Sequence record: PP895363.1
Length of the DNA stretch: 64,000 bases
Source: Klebsiella phage FKP3
Reading direction: 5' to 3' (one strand)
Position 1 is the first letter of the stretch; each line of letters opens with the position of its first letter. Positions 18,889 to 28,593 of this stretch are shown here, in pieces. Position numbers and translations under genes: made by a program. The notes under the pieces were generated by a model. It was not told the DNA's origin and searched no databases. It worked only from the letters and a program-made list of their open reading frames with translations.

Positions 18889-19296
18889 ATGAAAAAACAA
18901 TCTATCTTCAACACCACTATTGGGTTACTTACGATTGCCTTAGCTACAGTGAGTCTCATTGGTTGTGAACAAGCTGCTGACGTTGCAAGCCGTAACATCG
19001 CCACCGCTGGCGATAACTTCGAAGTGCTGCGTTCCACCCACTTCATCAATACTCGTACAGACAAAGAGCTGATGCGTATTGAAGGTTACTGTGCGAAAGA
19101 TAACAGTAGCACTGATCGTACACTGATCATTACCTGTCGTGATAAGTCTAATGGTTCTGTGAAGAAACATTATATGGGATTGTCTACAGATACCACCTAT
19201 TTCATTGAGCAGATTGATGGTGCTCAGGTGAGTGTTGATCACACTCGTGTTATCTTTGCTCCGCAAACCTTAATTCCAAGCCTGGAAGTACGCTAA
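18889..19296 (+). CDS. lipoprotein
   Basis: signal peptide + lipobox (LIGC). Confidence 0.5.
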   Translation: MKKQSIFNTTIGLLTIALATVSLIGCEQAADVASRNIATAGDNFEVLRSTHFINTRTDKELMRIEGYCAKDNSSTDRTLIITCRDKSNGSVKKHYMGLSTDTTYFIEQIDGAQVSVDHTRVIFAPQTLIPSLEVR

Positions 19297-19622
19297 TGGC
19301 TGAATCTATGGCACGTGAAGAACTGTACAAAGAAATGTTGTTGAACATTGCACATGACCTCGGTTTGTATGATCCAGACTTCACAGAGGTCGTAAACAAG
19401 ATTTACAGTTTACAACATCCTTGGATTGATGTTGATGGTATCCACAACATGCCATTTGGCAATTGGGTTGTCATCATGGCTGATGGTGAATACGGTATTT
19501 GCCAAGTTGTACAGGGTGGTAGTGGTAAGTTTGCAGTGATCAATGGTCGTTTCTACTTTGACTGGGAGCCTGTAGTGGCATACATGCCTATGCCGCAATA
19601 CATTCCTAAAGGAGGGGCTTAG
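19296..19622 (+). CDS. hypothetical protein
   Basis: ORF 108 aa, TAATG coupling. Confidence 0.45.
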   Translation: MAESMAREELYKEMLLNIAHDLGLYDPDFTEVVNKIYSLQHPWIDVDGIHNMPFGNWVVIMADGEYGICQVVQGGSGKFAVINGRFYFDWEPVVAYMPMPQYIPKGGA

Positions 19623-19764
19623 TGTTATTTGGTTTGAACATTTTGTGCATGATTTTGATGAACATATGTCTTTATGCACTTGACAGCCACATTGCTGCTC
19701 TTGTATTCTTAGTGCTTCAACTGGTTTGCTTAATACTTCAATTAGTGGAAATGAGGAGATATTT

Positions 19765-20199
19765 ATGACTGACTTGATCCGTGCCAAATTTGAAGAACTT
19801 CACCCGAATGCACCAAGCATGAACCAGAGCCTCCGTAACTCACTGTATGCGATTTTTAAAGAAGGCTGGGAAAACGGTGCGGCTTCTGTTAAAAACCCGC
19901 CAGAAAGCGTTACAGAGCGTTATTATGGCTTCTGTATCCCTATTATCGAATGTGAAGCAGGCTGGGGTAGTAAACAGGATGGGTATATGGTAGGATTTAC
20001 CATTGAAGGCTTGAAAGAACGTCAGAAGGACTTTGAAAGGGGTAATACCCATTCTTATGGACTCTACTATGAGCGTCCAAATCGGTATACCCCTGTGGAA
20101 TTGACAGAAGAAGCATTTGATGCTTTAATGAAAGCCACTGAAAAACATTGTACCATCTGGTATGACCGTGCATCTGATTTTGTTAAGGAGATAAAATGA
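19765..20199 (+). CDS. hypothetical protein (start moved to ATG with GAGGAG RBS)
   Basis: ORF in frame with track 19726..20199. Confidence 0.5.
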   Translation: MTDLIRAKFEELHPNAPSMNQSLRNSLYAIFKEGWENGAASVKNPPESVTERYYGFCIPIIECEAGWGSKQDGYMVGFTIEGLKERQKDFERGNTHSYGLYYERPNRYTPVELTEEAFDALMKATEKHCTIWYDRASDFVKEIK

Positions 20200-20474
20200 C
20201 TGAACAATATACCCCACGCGAAAATATTGCAGATTACCTGGTTGAACTGGGTAATGGAGAACTGATTCTTCTCCCGTCTCCAGTTGACTGGAAAGAAGGT
20301 GAAGGGATGCGTAAGTCCGAGCAGCGTTGCGGTGGCATAGACATTAATAAACTGTGTGAAATGATTTGTGACGACACAGGTATAACCGAGATCACATACG
20401 GAGAGGTGTATGGTATGTGTGAACAGCTTCTGCAAATGGAAGAAGCTACCCCCGGTTCTGTGTTCCCTAAGTAA
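20196..20474 (+). CDS. hypothetical protein
   Basis: ORF 92 aa. Confidence 0.45.
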   Translation: MTEQYTPRENIADYLVELGNGELILLPSPVDWKEGEGMRKSEQRCGGIDINKLCEMICDDTGITEITYGEVYGMCEQLLQMEEATPGSVFPK

Positions 20475-20485
20475 GGAGTAAAATA

Positions 20486-20761
20486 ATGAACAAACATCCG
20501 TATTACCACCTGATGGCTGTACTGCGTAAACAGCGCAATAACGTCATTGAAGATTTCCGTCACTTCAAACGTGATCGTGTAAACCGTAAATGGGTGCCGC
20601 ATAGTGCATTCTCTCACACAGTAACACGGTTCCGTAAAGAGATTGCTGAAATGGACAAACTGATTGCAGGAGTTAAGCTGGCGCTACGTGTATCTCGTGA
20701 AACTGGAATACAATACTACTACGATTACGAGTCCAACACAATTTACTTTCCACTGCCTTAA
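20486..20761 (+). CDS. hypothetical basic protein
   Basis: ORF 91 aa. Confidence 0.45.
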   Translation: MNKHPYYHLMAVLRKQRNNVIEDFRHFKRDRVNRKWVPHSAFSHTVTRFRKEIAEMDKLIAGVKLALRVSRETGIQYYYDYESNTIYFPLP

Positions 20762-20781
20762 ATAAATGTCTCAGGGATATT

Positions 20782-20910
20782 GACTTTCGCTGAAAAATAT
20801 GCTACCCTAACCCTACAAGGTGCCGAGCGAAGCGAGGGGAGATTCTATAGCTATTCGTTCCTGACTATCGTTAGATAGGAAGGGACGGATAGCTTTTCTT
20901 TTATAGGAGG
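20782..20910 (+). ncRNA. possible small non-coding RNA (promoter-like TTGACT, GC-rich segment, T-run) in 240-nt ORF-free gap
   Basis: no ORF; TTGACT...TACCCT then gccgagcgaagcgagggg...ggacggatagcttttctttt. Confidence 0.2.
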
Positions 20911-21028
20911 TATTATGGATACTATGAATATAGTAATTATACAATTTACTATTATTTATTGATTATCCTACCTAGAGGAGTAACATACTGGATTCGTAAG
21001 TATGGTAATAAAGGAGAGGTGTATCGTT

Positions 21029-21241
21029 GTGAGTGGAAAACAAACTACATACCTAAGTACCCAATTAATTGATGATACTGAAACAGGTAACACCATAGAT
21101 GTTGAGTGGTACAATGGTGAACACTTAGATTTAACAGCAGAGTGGGCTGGGGAAATTTATGGTGAAGGACAGGTGACTTTATCTAGATCTCAAGCTAAGA
21201 TGTTACTTACTTTCCTATTAGAATGTGATTTAGGAGATTAA
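21029..21241 (+). CDS. hypothetical protein (probable GTG start after AAGGAGAGG)
   Basis: in frame with track ORF 21002..21241. Confidence 0.4.
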   Translation: MSGKQTTYLSTQLIDDTETGNTIDVEWYNGEHLDLTAEWAGEIYGEGQVTLSRSQAKMLLTFLLECDLGD

Positions 21242-21282
21242 CTATGAAAACTTATGATGTAAATATTGTATAAGGAGAAAAT

Positions 21283-21735
21283 ATGAAATTATTTGAAATG
21301 TTACAGAACACAGTGTTCCCACCTGATGTTAAGTTCGTCAGTCAGGACGCCGATGGGCTGATCAATATGTACCATTCTGATCCTGGTGAAAGATATACAA
21401 AACGTTACTGGACATGTGTATCTTTCATGGGTTACTTGCAAACCCCATTACATCAAAATTTATATCTTCCGCTGGCAGATGACCACCTTGAAGCTTTATT
21501 GGTAGTGTCTAACGGCACTGTAGTGGGTTTAGCTGATGGATGTAGAGTATATCCTTCTGCTAATGTTACTAAAGCTCCGATGGACTTCACAATTAGCTTG
21601 TGCCAAGAAGATTTTGATTATATGATGGATGACATGGAAATCGCTAAACTTACTGTTGGCATTGTGAACCAAATCTTGAAAGAGCATGGTGTGGAAATTG
21701 TCTTCTCAGTTGAAGACAGTTCTGATGAAGACTGA
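21283..21735 (+). CDS. hypothetical acidic protein
   Basis: ORF 150 aa. Confidence 0.5.
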   Translation: MKLFEMLQNTVFPPDVKFVSQDADGLINMYHSDPGERYTKRYWTCVSFMGYLQTPLHQNLYLPLADDHLEALLVVSNGTVVGLADGCRVYPSANVTKAPMDFTISLCQEDFDYMMDDMEIAKLTVGIVNQILKEHGVEIVFSVEDSSDED

Positions 21736-21752
21736 TTAATAAAGGAGATCCC

Positions 21753-23759
21753 ATGAACGTAGGCTTAATTTTTGGCAAATTTGCACCACTAACAGCAGGA
21801 CACGTCAACTTCATTCGTATGGCTGTAGACTCAGGTATTGATCGGCTATATCTGTTTCTGTCGTTTGACCAGAAGTTTAACGACACTCAAACACCTTGGA
21901 TGCAAGACCGCCTTGGTTTAACTCAGCGTTTATTGGATCTTAAATCTTTAATTCATGACTCAGGCTTACAACACAAAGTGATTGTAGATTATGTGGATGA
22001 GTCTGATATTCCTGGTTATCCAGAAGGTGGTAAGGCTTATGCCGAGTTGATTCGTGCTAAAATCCCAGAAGGTGAGATCCTCACTCATGCTTTCTCTTCT
22101 GAGCCGGAGTATACTGAGTACTTTTCCGAGCATTTCCCCGAGGTGGAGCACGTTGTGCTGGATGCAGAGCGTACAGGAGTGGATATCTCTGCAACACGTA
22201 TTCGTACTAATCTACGTGACAACTTCGAGTATTTGTCAAATCAAGCTCGTCCTCGTTTTGTTAAGCGGGTAGCTATCATTGGTGTTGAGAGTTGTGTAGA
22301 TAATTTAACCGAATACTTTGACGGTACAAACTGGAAAAAGATGGATGAGTACCGAGAAGGAGATAAAGTTCTACAATATAACCCTAATGGTTCTGCATCT
22401 CTTGTCCTACCTGAACGTTACATAGCGCAACCCTGTAATAAAATGTACCTGTTGGCTAATAGTTACCAAACTTGGGAACAAGCTTACACGGAAGATCACG
22501 ATATTGTGTATGTTACTTCCAAAGGGAAATTGAAGAAAACACCTTTTAAAAGAGTAAAAGAAGATATTCAGTTTAAACCACACGGTTTTCGGGGAAAGTT
22601 ACTAACCTCTTTTATCTACTCTGGGGAGTTGACACTTCCTGAAAACAACATTCGTTTAGCTGTTATGTTAAGCGCGGACGGAAGTAAACAGAAGAACGGA
22701 ACGTGGCGTGTAAGACTGCTAAAACAACGTAAAGTTCTCAGGGCTAGAGAGTTGATCTTGGCGAGTGGTTATCCTTTGGATGAACGTATTTATGAAGACG
22801 GTTCTCATAACTTCTATCTTCCTAGCGAAGCAGGTTTTAAACTTTTTCCTGATACCTGGTATGAGCTAACAAAAGAATGCAAAGAATATATTTGTGAAGA
22901 AGTTTTATACTGGGATGGTACTAAGAAGACTTCTACATACTTTACCACAGAGAAAAAGAATGCTGAATTTGTACAATACTGTTTCTCTTCAACAGGAAAA
23001 AAGACAAGGTATAGTATAGATAATCGGGAAAATAAACCTTTGACTTACTCTGTGCAATGGTGTAGAAATACAAAGTATCTAACACTAGATGTGAATTCAT
23101 TTAATGAGACACATCGAGAACAAATGGTAAGGGATTACGTGCCAACTGATGGAATGTGTTATTGTTTTACTGTGCCTAGTGGTATGCTAGTGTTGCGTAG
23201 AAATAATCATATCTTTATTACTGGGAACTGTGGAAAATCTACTATGACTGAGGTTCTAGCACAACACTACGGAACAACATCGACACCCGAAGTAGGACGG
23301 CATATTTGCGAACAGATGTACAACGGCAGCGAATTTTTAATGGATCGTGAAGCATATCTTAAGATTGCTATGATCCACCGTATCGAGGAGTTTAGTAACT
23401 CAAACCAGGCAAATGTTGTGCATATTTCAGATACAACTAATCTGATCACTCATTTTTCTGCGATTTGTGCTGGTAAAGTATCTGCTAATGATAAAATGTT
23501 TCGTATGTTATCGCATGAAGAGGCTAGCAAATTTTATGATTTAGTGTTATTCTTGTCCCCAGAGGTGGAGTGGGTAGAAGACCCTCTTCGACTTCAAAAT
23601 ACACCAAGAAAACGCCTTGACACGCATAACTTTCTTGATATGATGGTAACACAATACTACGATGGTCGTGTGCCTGTGGTTCATATTACGGGTGATGACT
23701 ACGAAGATCGTATTAACCAGGCAATAACTGCCATTGATTTACTCTTAGAGGAGAACTAA
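21753..23759 (+). CDS. NadR-like bifunctional NMN adenylyltransferase / ribosylnicotinamide kinase precursor containing an intein
   Basis: N-terminus GKFAPLTAGHVNFI and RTGVDISATRIR match E. coli NadR NMNAT (GKFYPLHTGHIYLI, RTFMSISGAQIR). The C-terminus from ...ITGN-CGKSTMTEVL to the end matches the NadR kinase domain. The two halves are split inside the P-loop by 312 aa. Confidence 0.7.
   Translation: MNVGLIFGKFAPLTAGHVNFIRMAVDSGIDRLYLFLSFDQKFNDTQTPWMQDRLGLTQRLLDLKSLIHDSGLQHKVIVDYVDESDIPGYPEGGKAYAELIRAKIPEGEILTHAFSSEPEYTEYFSEHFPEVEHVVLDAERTGVDISATRIRTNLRDNFEYLSNQARPRFVKRVAIIGVESCVDNLTEYFDGTNWKKMDEYREGDKVLQYNPNGSASLVLPERYIAQPCNKMYLLANSYQTWEQAYTEDHDIVYVTSKGKLKKTPFKRVKEDIQFKPHGFRGKLLTSFIYSGELTLPENNIRLAVMLSADGSKQKNGTWRVRLLKQRKVLRARELILASGYPLDERIYEDGSHNFYLPSEAGFKLFPDTWYELTKECKEYICEEVLYWDGTKKTSTYFTTEKKNAEFVQYCFSSTGKKTRYSIDNRENKPLTYSVQWCRNTKYLTLDVNSFNETHREQMVRDYVPTDGMCYCFTVPSGMLVLRRNNHIFITGNCGKSTMTEVLAQHYGTTSTPEVGRHICEQMYNGSEFLMDREAYLKIAMIHRIEEFSNSNQANVVHISDTTNLITHFSAICAGKVSANDKMFRMLSHEEASKFYDLVLFLSPEVEWVEDPLRLQNTPRKRLDTHNFLDMMVTQYYDGRVPVVHITGDDYEDRINQAITAIDLLLEEN
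22293..23228 (+). mobile_element. intein (312 aa) with LAGLIDADG-type homing endonuclease motif, inserted in the kinase P-loop
   Basis: begins with Cys (CVDNLTEY..GDKVL block A-like), has TEDH (TxxH block B-like) and LAVMLSADGSK (LAGLIDADG-like), ends ...FITGN with +1 Cys; excision restores GVES-CGKST Walker A. Confidence 0.6.
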
Positions 23760-23760
23760 T

Positions 23761-23976
23761 ATGAATAAAGGTGATGTTGTACGTTGTGTTAAGTCCCGCG
23801 CTGATTATATTACAGAAGACCGTTTGTACACTGTTGAGGCTGGATATGGCGACAATGATGTTGTTTGTGGTGGCACTGTGCTGGAACATGGTATGATTCT
23901 TACCAATGATCGTGGGCATAAGATTTATGCTTTGTATCCAGAATGCTTGTTTGGTGCTTGGGAAATCGTAGAATAA
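23761..23976 (+). CDS. small protein (paralog of 24170..24358)
   Basis: shared GD.V.C..S...Y.VE...FG.WE.VE pattern. Confidence 0.45.
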   Translation: MNKGDVVRCVKSRADYITEDRLYTVEAGYGDNDVVCGGTVLEHGMILTNDRGHKIYALYPECLFGAWEIVE

Positions 23977-24169
23977 GGGGTTGACAATGTTCGGAAAACG
24001 TCTTAAAGTGGTCGAAACCAAACGAGCAGTACCAAAACTGGAACTGCGTGAATATGAAATCGTGGCGCGCCACGGTAAAGAATGGATTGTTGACGGGTAC
24101 GGTGGGTTTGTTCCAGTTAAAGAACTCCACCTTGCCAAGGTGACATTTGAAAGACTCTGAGGAGGGTTT

Positions 24170-24358
24170 ATGAAAATTGGTGATCGTGTAAAATGTATTC
24201 GTAGTGAAAGGGAAAAGATTTACTCTGTAGGTACTATCTACGAAGTAGAAGGGCTGGCAGGTATTGGTGCTATGCTTTTACGTGACAATGATGGGGATCT
24301 TGATTCTATTCCCATCCCAATGAATGGGGCTTTTTGGGATTTTGAGCTAGTTGAATGA
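24170..24358 (+). CDS. small protein (paralog of 23761..23976)
   Basis: ORF 62 aa; TTGACA-17-TAAAGT promoter at 23981-24008. Confidence 0.45.
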   Translation: MKIGDRVKCIRSEREKIYSVGTIYEVEGLAGIGAMLLRDNDGDLDSIPIPMNGAFWDFELVE

Positions 24359-24582
24359 GTTATTTAACAATGGCGGTTAAACTCCACAAGGAAAACCCTG
24401 AGTTGAATTTATCTTTTGATAACCTCTCAGATTATTTCTGGTCATTTGATGGTGACAGCATACTTTACAGTGCTTTGGTTGTGGATATCCTAGAGGATAC
24501 AGGTAATGGTATGTGTCTGGAAGTTCGTTATGAAGTAGAGCAGGATGATCAGTTCATCAAGTTTTATGTTGACAACGGCTGA
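24355..24582 (+). CDS. hypothetical protein
   Basis: ORF 75 aa. Confidence 0.4.
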   Translation: MSYLTMAVKLHKENPELNLSFDNLSDYFWSFDGDSILYSALVVDILEDTGNGMCLEVRYEVEQDDQFIKFYVDNG

Positions 24583-24632
24583 GGAGAGAAATACGATGCA
24601 GTGTTTGACAAGAGTAAGCGGCTGGAGGTTGA

Positions 24633-24995
24633 ATGATTAAGTGGCTATTGGTGATTGCGCTGTTTATTTCTACAGGCGTGAATGCGCGGGAGGGATTCAA
24701 AGTGGTTGCCAATGGCACTAAATTCTTCACCTGGTATGGTGGTGTAGCTTTATACCAAGATGAAGGTAAGGACATTCGCTGTAAACTGGATAAGAGTATA
24801 AAGTCTGTAGACCAGTGGGGCGATGCCTTTAAAGCCACCGGATTCTCTTGCCGCAAAGACCTGTTCATTGTTGTGAAAGAATATCTCGATATTAATCGTG
24901 TTCTTTTTATTGTTCTTGACCCAAATAAATTTGATCAGAGACACACATATGAGGTAGACTTATTCTTGGAATATAAGGAGGATGAAAAGAAATGA
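24633..24995 (+). CDS. secreted protein (signal peptide)
   Basis: MIKWLLVIALFISTGVNA. Confidence 0.5.
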   Translation: MIKWLLVIALFISTGVNAREGFKVVANGTKFFTWYGGVALYQDEGKDIRCKLDKSIKSVDQWGDAFKATGFSCRKDLFIVVKEYLDINRVLFIVLDPNKFDQRHTYEVDLFLEYKEDEKK

Positions 24996-25366
24996 AAGTT
25001 TTAAATTTCTACCACCTTGGAAAAGTTATTCCTCCTGATGCAGAGTATATCGGACGGGCAATGCCTCATTATGGTCTGAAGGCTTCTAAGTTTGCTAATC
25101 CATTTAAGCTAACCGAGGATGAGCCTCGTGGTGCTACTATACAACGGTATAAAGAATGGTTGTGGGAGCAGATTCGCTCTGGTAAGATAACATTGGAAGA
25201 CTTATTAGCATTAGAAGGAAAAGACTTAGTTTGCTTTTGTAAACAACCTAATAAAGAGGTTGCTTGTCATGGGGATGTTCTCGTTGCTGCCGTAGAATGG
25301 GCTAGGAAAGAATATAACAGGAGAAATTATAAAGACGATTACTGGAACTGGGAGGAAAATTTTTAA
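24992..25366 (+). CDS. hypothetical protein, possibly DUF4326-like
   Basis: weak recollection of DUF4326 pattern (LVCFCKQP..CHGDVL). Confidence 0.3.
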   Translation: MKVLNFYHLGKVIPPDAEYIGRAMPHYGLKASKFANPFKLTEDEPRGATIQRYKEWLWEQIRSGKITLEDLLALEGKDLVCFCKQPNKEVACHGDVLVAAVEWARKEYNRRNYKDDYWNWEENF

Positions 25367-25617
25367 TGGGGTTTCGCTTTAGAAAGAGAATTAAAATTAT
25401 ACCTGGAGTGTATATTAATCTCGGTAAAAAGGGAATAAATTCAACAAGTGTAAAAGCTGGGTGGTTTACTTCCAACATCAATAGTAAGGGTGTTAAGCAC
25501 ACGGTCGGCGCTCATGGTACTGGCTTAAGCTATGAAACAAAACGTAGTAGGCACACAGGTAAAGGCTTAGTTCTTACTTTTATCGCTTGCGTAGTTATTT
25601 ATTTTATTTTCAGGTAA
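25366..25617 (+). CDS. small membrane-anchored protein
   Basis: C-terminal hydrophobic helix. Confidence 0.4.
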   Translation: MGFRFRKRIKIIPGVYINLGKKGINSTSVKAGWFTSNINSKGVKHTVGAHGTGLSYETKRSRHTGKGLVLTFIACVVIYFIFR

Positions 25618-25627
25618 GGAGTGTATC

Positions 25628-25999
25628 ATGAAAACAGTAGAAGACTTTGACATTTTCTCTCTATCCATTATTCAGGATAAACCAGCAACATTGTATAACC
25701 AACTAAAAGATAATAGCACATTCATTTACATTGGGTCAGATAAATATATTATTCCACCGGGCGCTATGGCTATTTCTCTTCCGAAAGAAAATGAGCTAGA
25801 TTGTAACTTTGCTGGCTTTCAGTTCAAACAGGATGTAAGATTAGACGGTTATATTAAAGTTATTCAAATAGATGAACATTATTTAGTAACTTTTGCAACT
25901 GAAAAATTTTCAAATTTTCCTGGTGGAGAAGAAGCTTTAAATGATATTATTTTACTTAAAGTAGGCAATGCTCTACTTGATATTGAATCTTTAAATTAA
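25628..25999 (+). CDS. hypothetical protein
   Basis: ORF 123 aa. Confidence 0.45.
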   Translation: MKTVEDFDIFSLSIIQDKPATLYNQLKDNSTFIYIGSDKYIIPPGAMAISLPKENELDCNFAGFQFKQDVRLDGYIKVIQIDEHYLVTFATEKFSNFPGGEEALNDIILLKVGNALLDIESLN

Positions 26000-26008
26000 G
26001 GAGGTAAA

Positions 26009-26518
26009 ATGTTTTTTGATGTCTTTTCCCCTTTAGTGGACTCTTCAAGTCAATCTGTAATTTATCCAGAATGGGACGAACGTGAAGAATGGATTGAGAA
26101 CCACAACTATGATCCAGATAATGTTAACTGGTGTAGTTTGGATGTGCATAATTTCAAACGGGATACAGGCATCTTAAAATATTATGCTTTCTACACTGTA
26201 GATAATGTCTACGAATATTATGTATTTCGTAGCTTAATCATCCACTTAAATAAACTGGGTGGTCTAGAAGGTAAGCGTAGCTTCACTCTAGGCCATTACA
26301 TGCCTTTCAAAAAGGGTGGTGTTCATTTCCCTTCTAATTGGATTATTCAAACTCAACGGGATAATACAAAAGCTGGGGATAATATCCCAGAAAATCCAAA
26401 CAAATGGTCGTGGAAGGAGCAGGAAGCTTATATCTTTAAGCATCTACCAGAAGTTCTGAATGGTGAGTATGCGGAGATTACACTAAAACGAATGCTACAA
26501 GTGATGGACTTTTATTGA
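26009..26518 (+). CDS. hypothetical protein
   Basis: ORF 169 aa, AGGAGG RBS. Confidence 0.5.
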   Translation: MFFDVFSPLVDSSSQSVIYPEWDEREEWIENHNYDPDNVNWCSLDVHNFKRDTGILKYYAFYTVDNVYEYYVFRSLIIHLNKLGGLEGKRSFTLGHYMPFKKGGVHFPSNWIIQTQRDNTKAGDNIPENPNKWSWKEQEAYIFKHLPEVLNGEYAEITLKRMLQVMDFY

Positions 26519-26527
26519 GGATAGATA

Positions 26528-28369
26528 ATGAGTACAAGAAAACTAAGTTTTACACCTACGGATGAACAACTTGCAATTGAAGGTGCATTCAAAGAAAACC
26601 GTTTTACTACTATTCAAGCCAAATCTGGTAGTGGTAAAACATCAACACTCTATATGTTGGCTAATGGTACAGAGGATAAGATTCTGTATCTTGCATTCAA
26701 CAAGAGCATGGCAGAGGAAGCCCGCCGCAAGATGCCGGATAATGTGGAGTGTCGTACTCTTCACTCTATTTGCTATCAACAACTTGATCAATCTCTGCGT
26801 CACAAGTTGACACGTCCAGAGGGTGCATATGTGAATGTGGCAGGCACTGGTAACGAGATTGCCAAGAAGTTCAAAATCAATAACTTGATTGATAAGAATG
26901 GCAAAACTTTACTCACTCGTGCGATGATTGGGCTGATGGTTAAACAAACTGTAGGCAAGTTTGAATTTTCAGATGATGCTCATCTGGGGCGTAAGCATTT
27001 TCCTACAGTTTATCTCCCAGATCTCAAGCGTAAGAACATTAATGAGAATAAACTGATCACTGAAGTAGTGACATATGCTAAACAGCTTTGGCGTGAGCGT
27101 ATTGACCCTAAATCTGAGACGATCATGACACACGATACTTATGTCAAGTTGTTTGAATTGTCCGGTAAAGACTTGGGATATGATGTTATCTTTGGTGATG
27201 AGTTCCAGGACGTTAACCCTGCTTTCTTATCCATTCTGCGTAATGCCAAGGCAGCTAAACGAATTGTGGTTGTTGGTGATGAATTCCAGAGTATCTATCA
27301 ATTCCGTGGTAGCCAGAATATGATGAAAGAAACTTCCACCTACGGTGTGGAACTTCCTCTTACAGCTTGTTTCCGTTTTGGCCCAAAAGTGGCAGATGTG
27401 GCTAACATGATCTTAGAAGATAAACAACCTCTGACACATCCTTTAGTTGGTAAGGGTTATGATACGACTGTAGGCAGCTATGTATCAGATATAGTAGATT
27501 ATACTAAGCCATATACAATTATCTTCCGTAAAAATCTAACTTTGCTTATGGAAGCAATGGATCGCATCGCAGATGGTGAAGATATTATCATTAACGTTGA
27601 CACCAAAGATTTTATTTCAATGGTAGATAGCGTGAATGCTTTACGTCGAGGGGATATTGAAAAAGTAAAACATGAAACTGTACTGCCCTATGCCACTTGG
27701 GAAGAATTTGTAGACTGTGCAGAAAGTGATCCTGATGCTAAACGTTTGTTAAACGTTGTTGTAAGCGGTAAAGCTAATACAATCGCACATACTTTACGGA
27801 CACACCGAAATTCACCAACTGCAAAAGTAACTCTTACAACAGCGCATAAATCAAAAGGTTTAGAGTGGGATCAAGTTGTTGTTGCAAATGACTTCCCTTC
27901 TAACTATAATAAAGAAAGGGAGTGGGTAGGGCTTGAAGAAGCAGAGCGTAATCTGCTCTATGTAGCACATACACGATGCATAAAATGTCTACAATGGAAT
28001 AGTACTGTCCAGGAAATTATAGACATTAAGCGTGTAGAAGGAGAGAAACACACTGCCCCAAAGGAGAAGCCGCTTAACGGCGGCATCCCCATTGAAAATG
28101 TTCGCTTAGGTGTTTTTGGTGCTGGGTATACAACACCAGACCAAATAAAACAGTTTATAGCTGACAGTTTCGATGGTAATGACAACCATATCCAAGCCTA
28201 CGAAAGTTGGCTAGAAGATGGTGAAGGGGATTTCTTTGGTGAAATAAATATGATGCCTAATTTGTCTCGACTAAAAACCGAGCTTAGTGGATCATCTGGA
28301 GACTGTCATCTCTTAGAAATTCTCGAACGTAAGATAGACCAAGATAACTTCATGGGAGATGATTATTGA
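26528..28369 (+). CDS. UvrD/Rep-type superfamily 1 DNA helicase
   Basis: motif I AKSGSGKTSTL, motif II GDEFQDVNP, motif III VVVGDEFQSIYQFRG. Confidence 0.7.
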   Translation: MSTRKLSFTPTDEQLAIEGAFKENRFTTIQAKSGSGKTSTLYMLANGTEDKILYLAFNKSMAEEARRKMPDNVECRTLHSICYQQLDQSLRHKLTRPEGAYVNVAGTGNEIAKKFKINNLIDKNGKTLLTRAMIGLMVKQTVGKFEFSDDAHLGRKHFPTVYLPDLKRKNINENKLITEVVTYAKQLWRERIDPKSETIMTHDTYVKLFELSGKDLGYDVIFGDEFQDVNPAFLSILRNAKAAKRIVVVGDEFQSIYQFRGSQNMMKETSTYGVELPLTACFRFGPKVADVANMILEDKQPLTHPLVGKGYDTTVGSYVSDIVDYTKPYTIIFRKNLTLLMEAMDRIADGEDIIINVDTKDFISMVDSVNALRRGDIEKVKHETVLPYATWEEFVDCAESDPDAKRLLNVVVSGKANTIAHTLRTHRNSPTAKVTLTTAHKSKGLEWDQVVVANDFPSNYNKEREWVGLEEAERNLLYVAHTRCIKCLQWNSTVQEIIDIKRVEGEKHTAPKEKPLNGGIPIENVRLGVFGAGYTTPDQIKQFIADSFDGNDNHIQAYESWLEDGEGDFFGEINMMPNLSRLKTELSGSSGDCHLLEILERKIDQDNFMGDDY

Positions 28370-28557
28370 TGGACGGTAATGCAATTTTACATAAAGTGTT
28401 AACCTGGATTGAACAAGAAGTAGAAAAAGGCTTGCATGATCCCTCAGTGGATGCTAAAGTAGAGTCACTTTTGAAACTTGGCTGGACAAAGACCAAAGAA
28501 CAACTCATCGAACTTGTTGAGAAGTGGGATGGTACTGAGGACAGTTTGAAGAAATAA
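28366..28557 (+). CDS. hypothetical protein
   Basis: ORF 63 aa. Confidence 0.4.
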   Translation: MMDGNAILHKVLTWIEQEVEKGLHDPSVDAKVESLLKLGWTKTKEQLIELVEKWDGTEDSLKK

Positions 28558-28560
28558 TAC

Positions 28561-28578
28561 ATGCCCCTTCGGGGGCAT
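28561..28578 (+). terminator. UUCG-tetraloop hairpin (atgcccc-ttcg-ggggcat)
   Basis: 7-bp GC-rich stem with UUCG loop right after stop of 28366..28557; weak U-tract. Confidence 0.4.
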
Positions 28579-28593
28579 TCTACAGGAGGTATT

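Noticed and set aside
23713-24138. antisense ORFs inside or across long genes (also 13207..13542, 28350..28793, 30521..30895, 31581..32048, 43769..44245, 54922..55329, 48813..49247)
   Set aside because: Opposite strand of well-supported genes with strong motif evidence. No RBS. Typical of shadow ORFs.
23997-24170. 57-aa ORF MFGKRLKVVE...
   Set aside because: Its ATG lies inside the spacer of the TTGACA-17-TAAAGT promoter. A transcript from that promoter would start downstream of this start codon.
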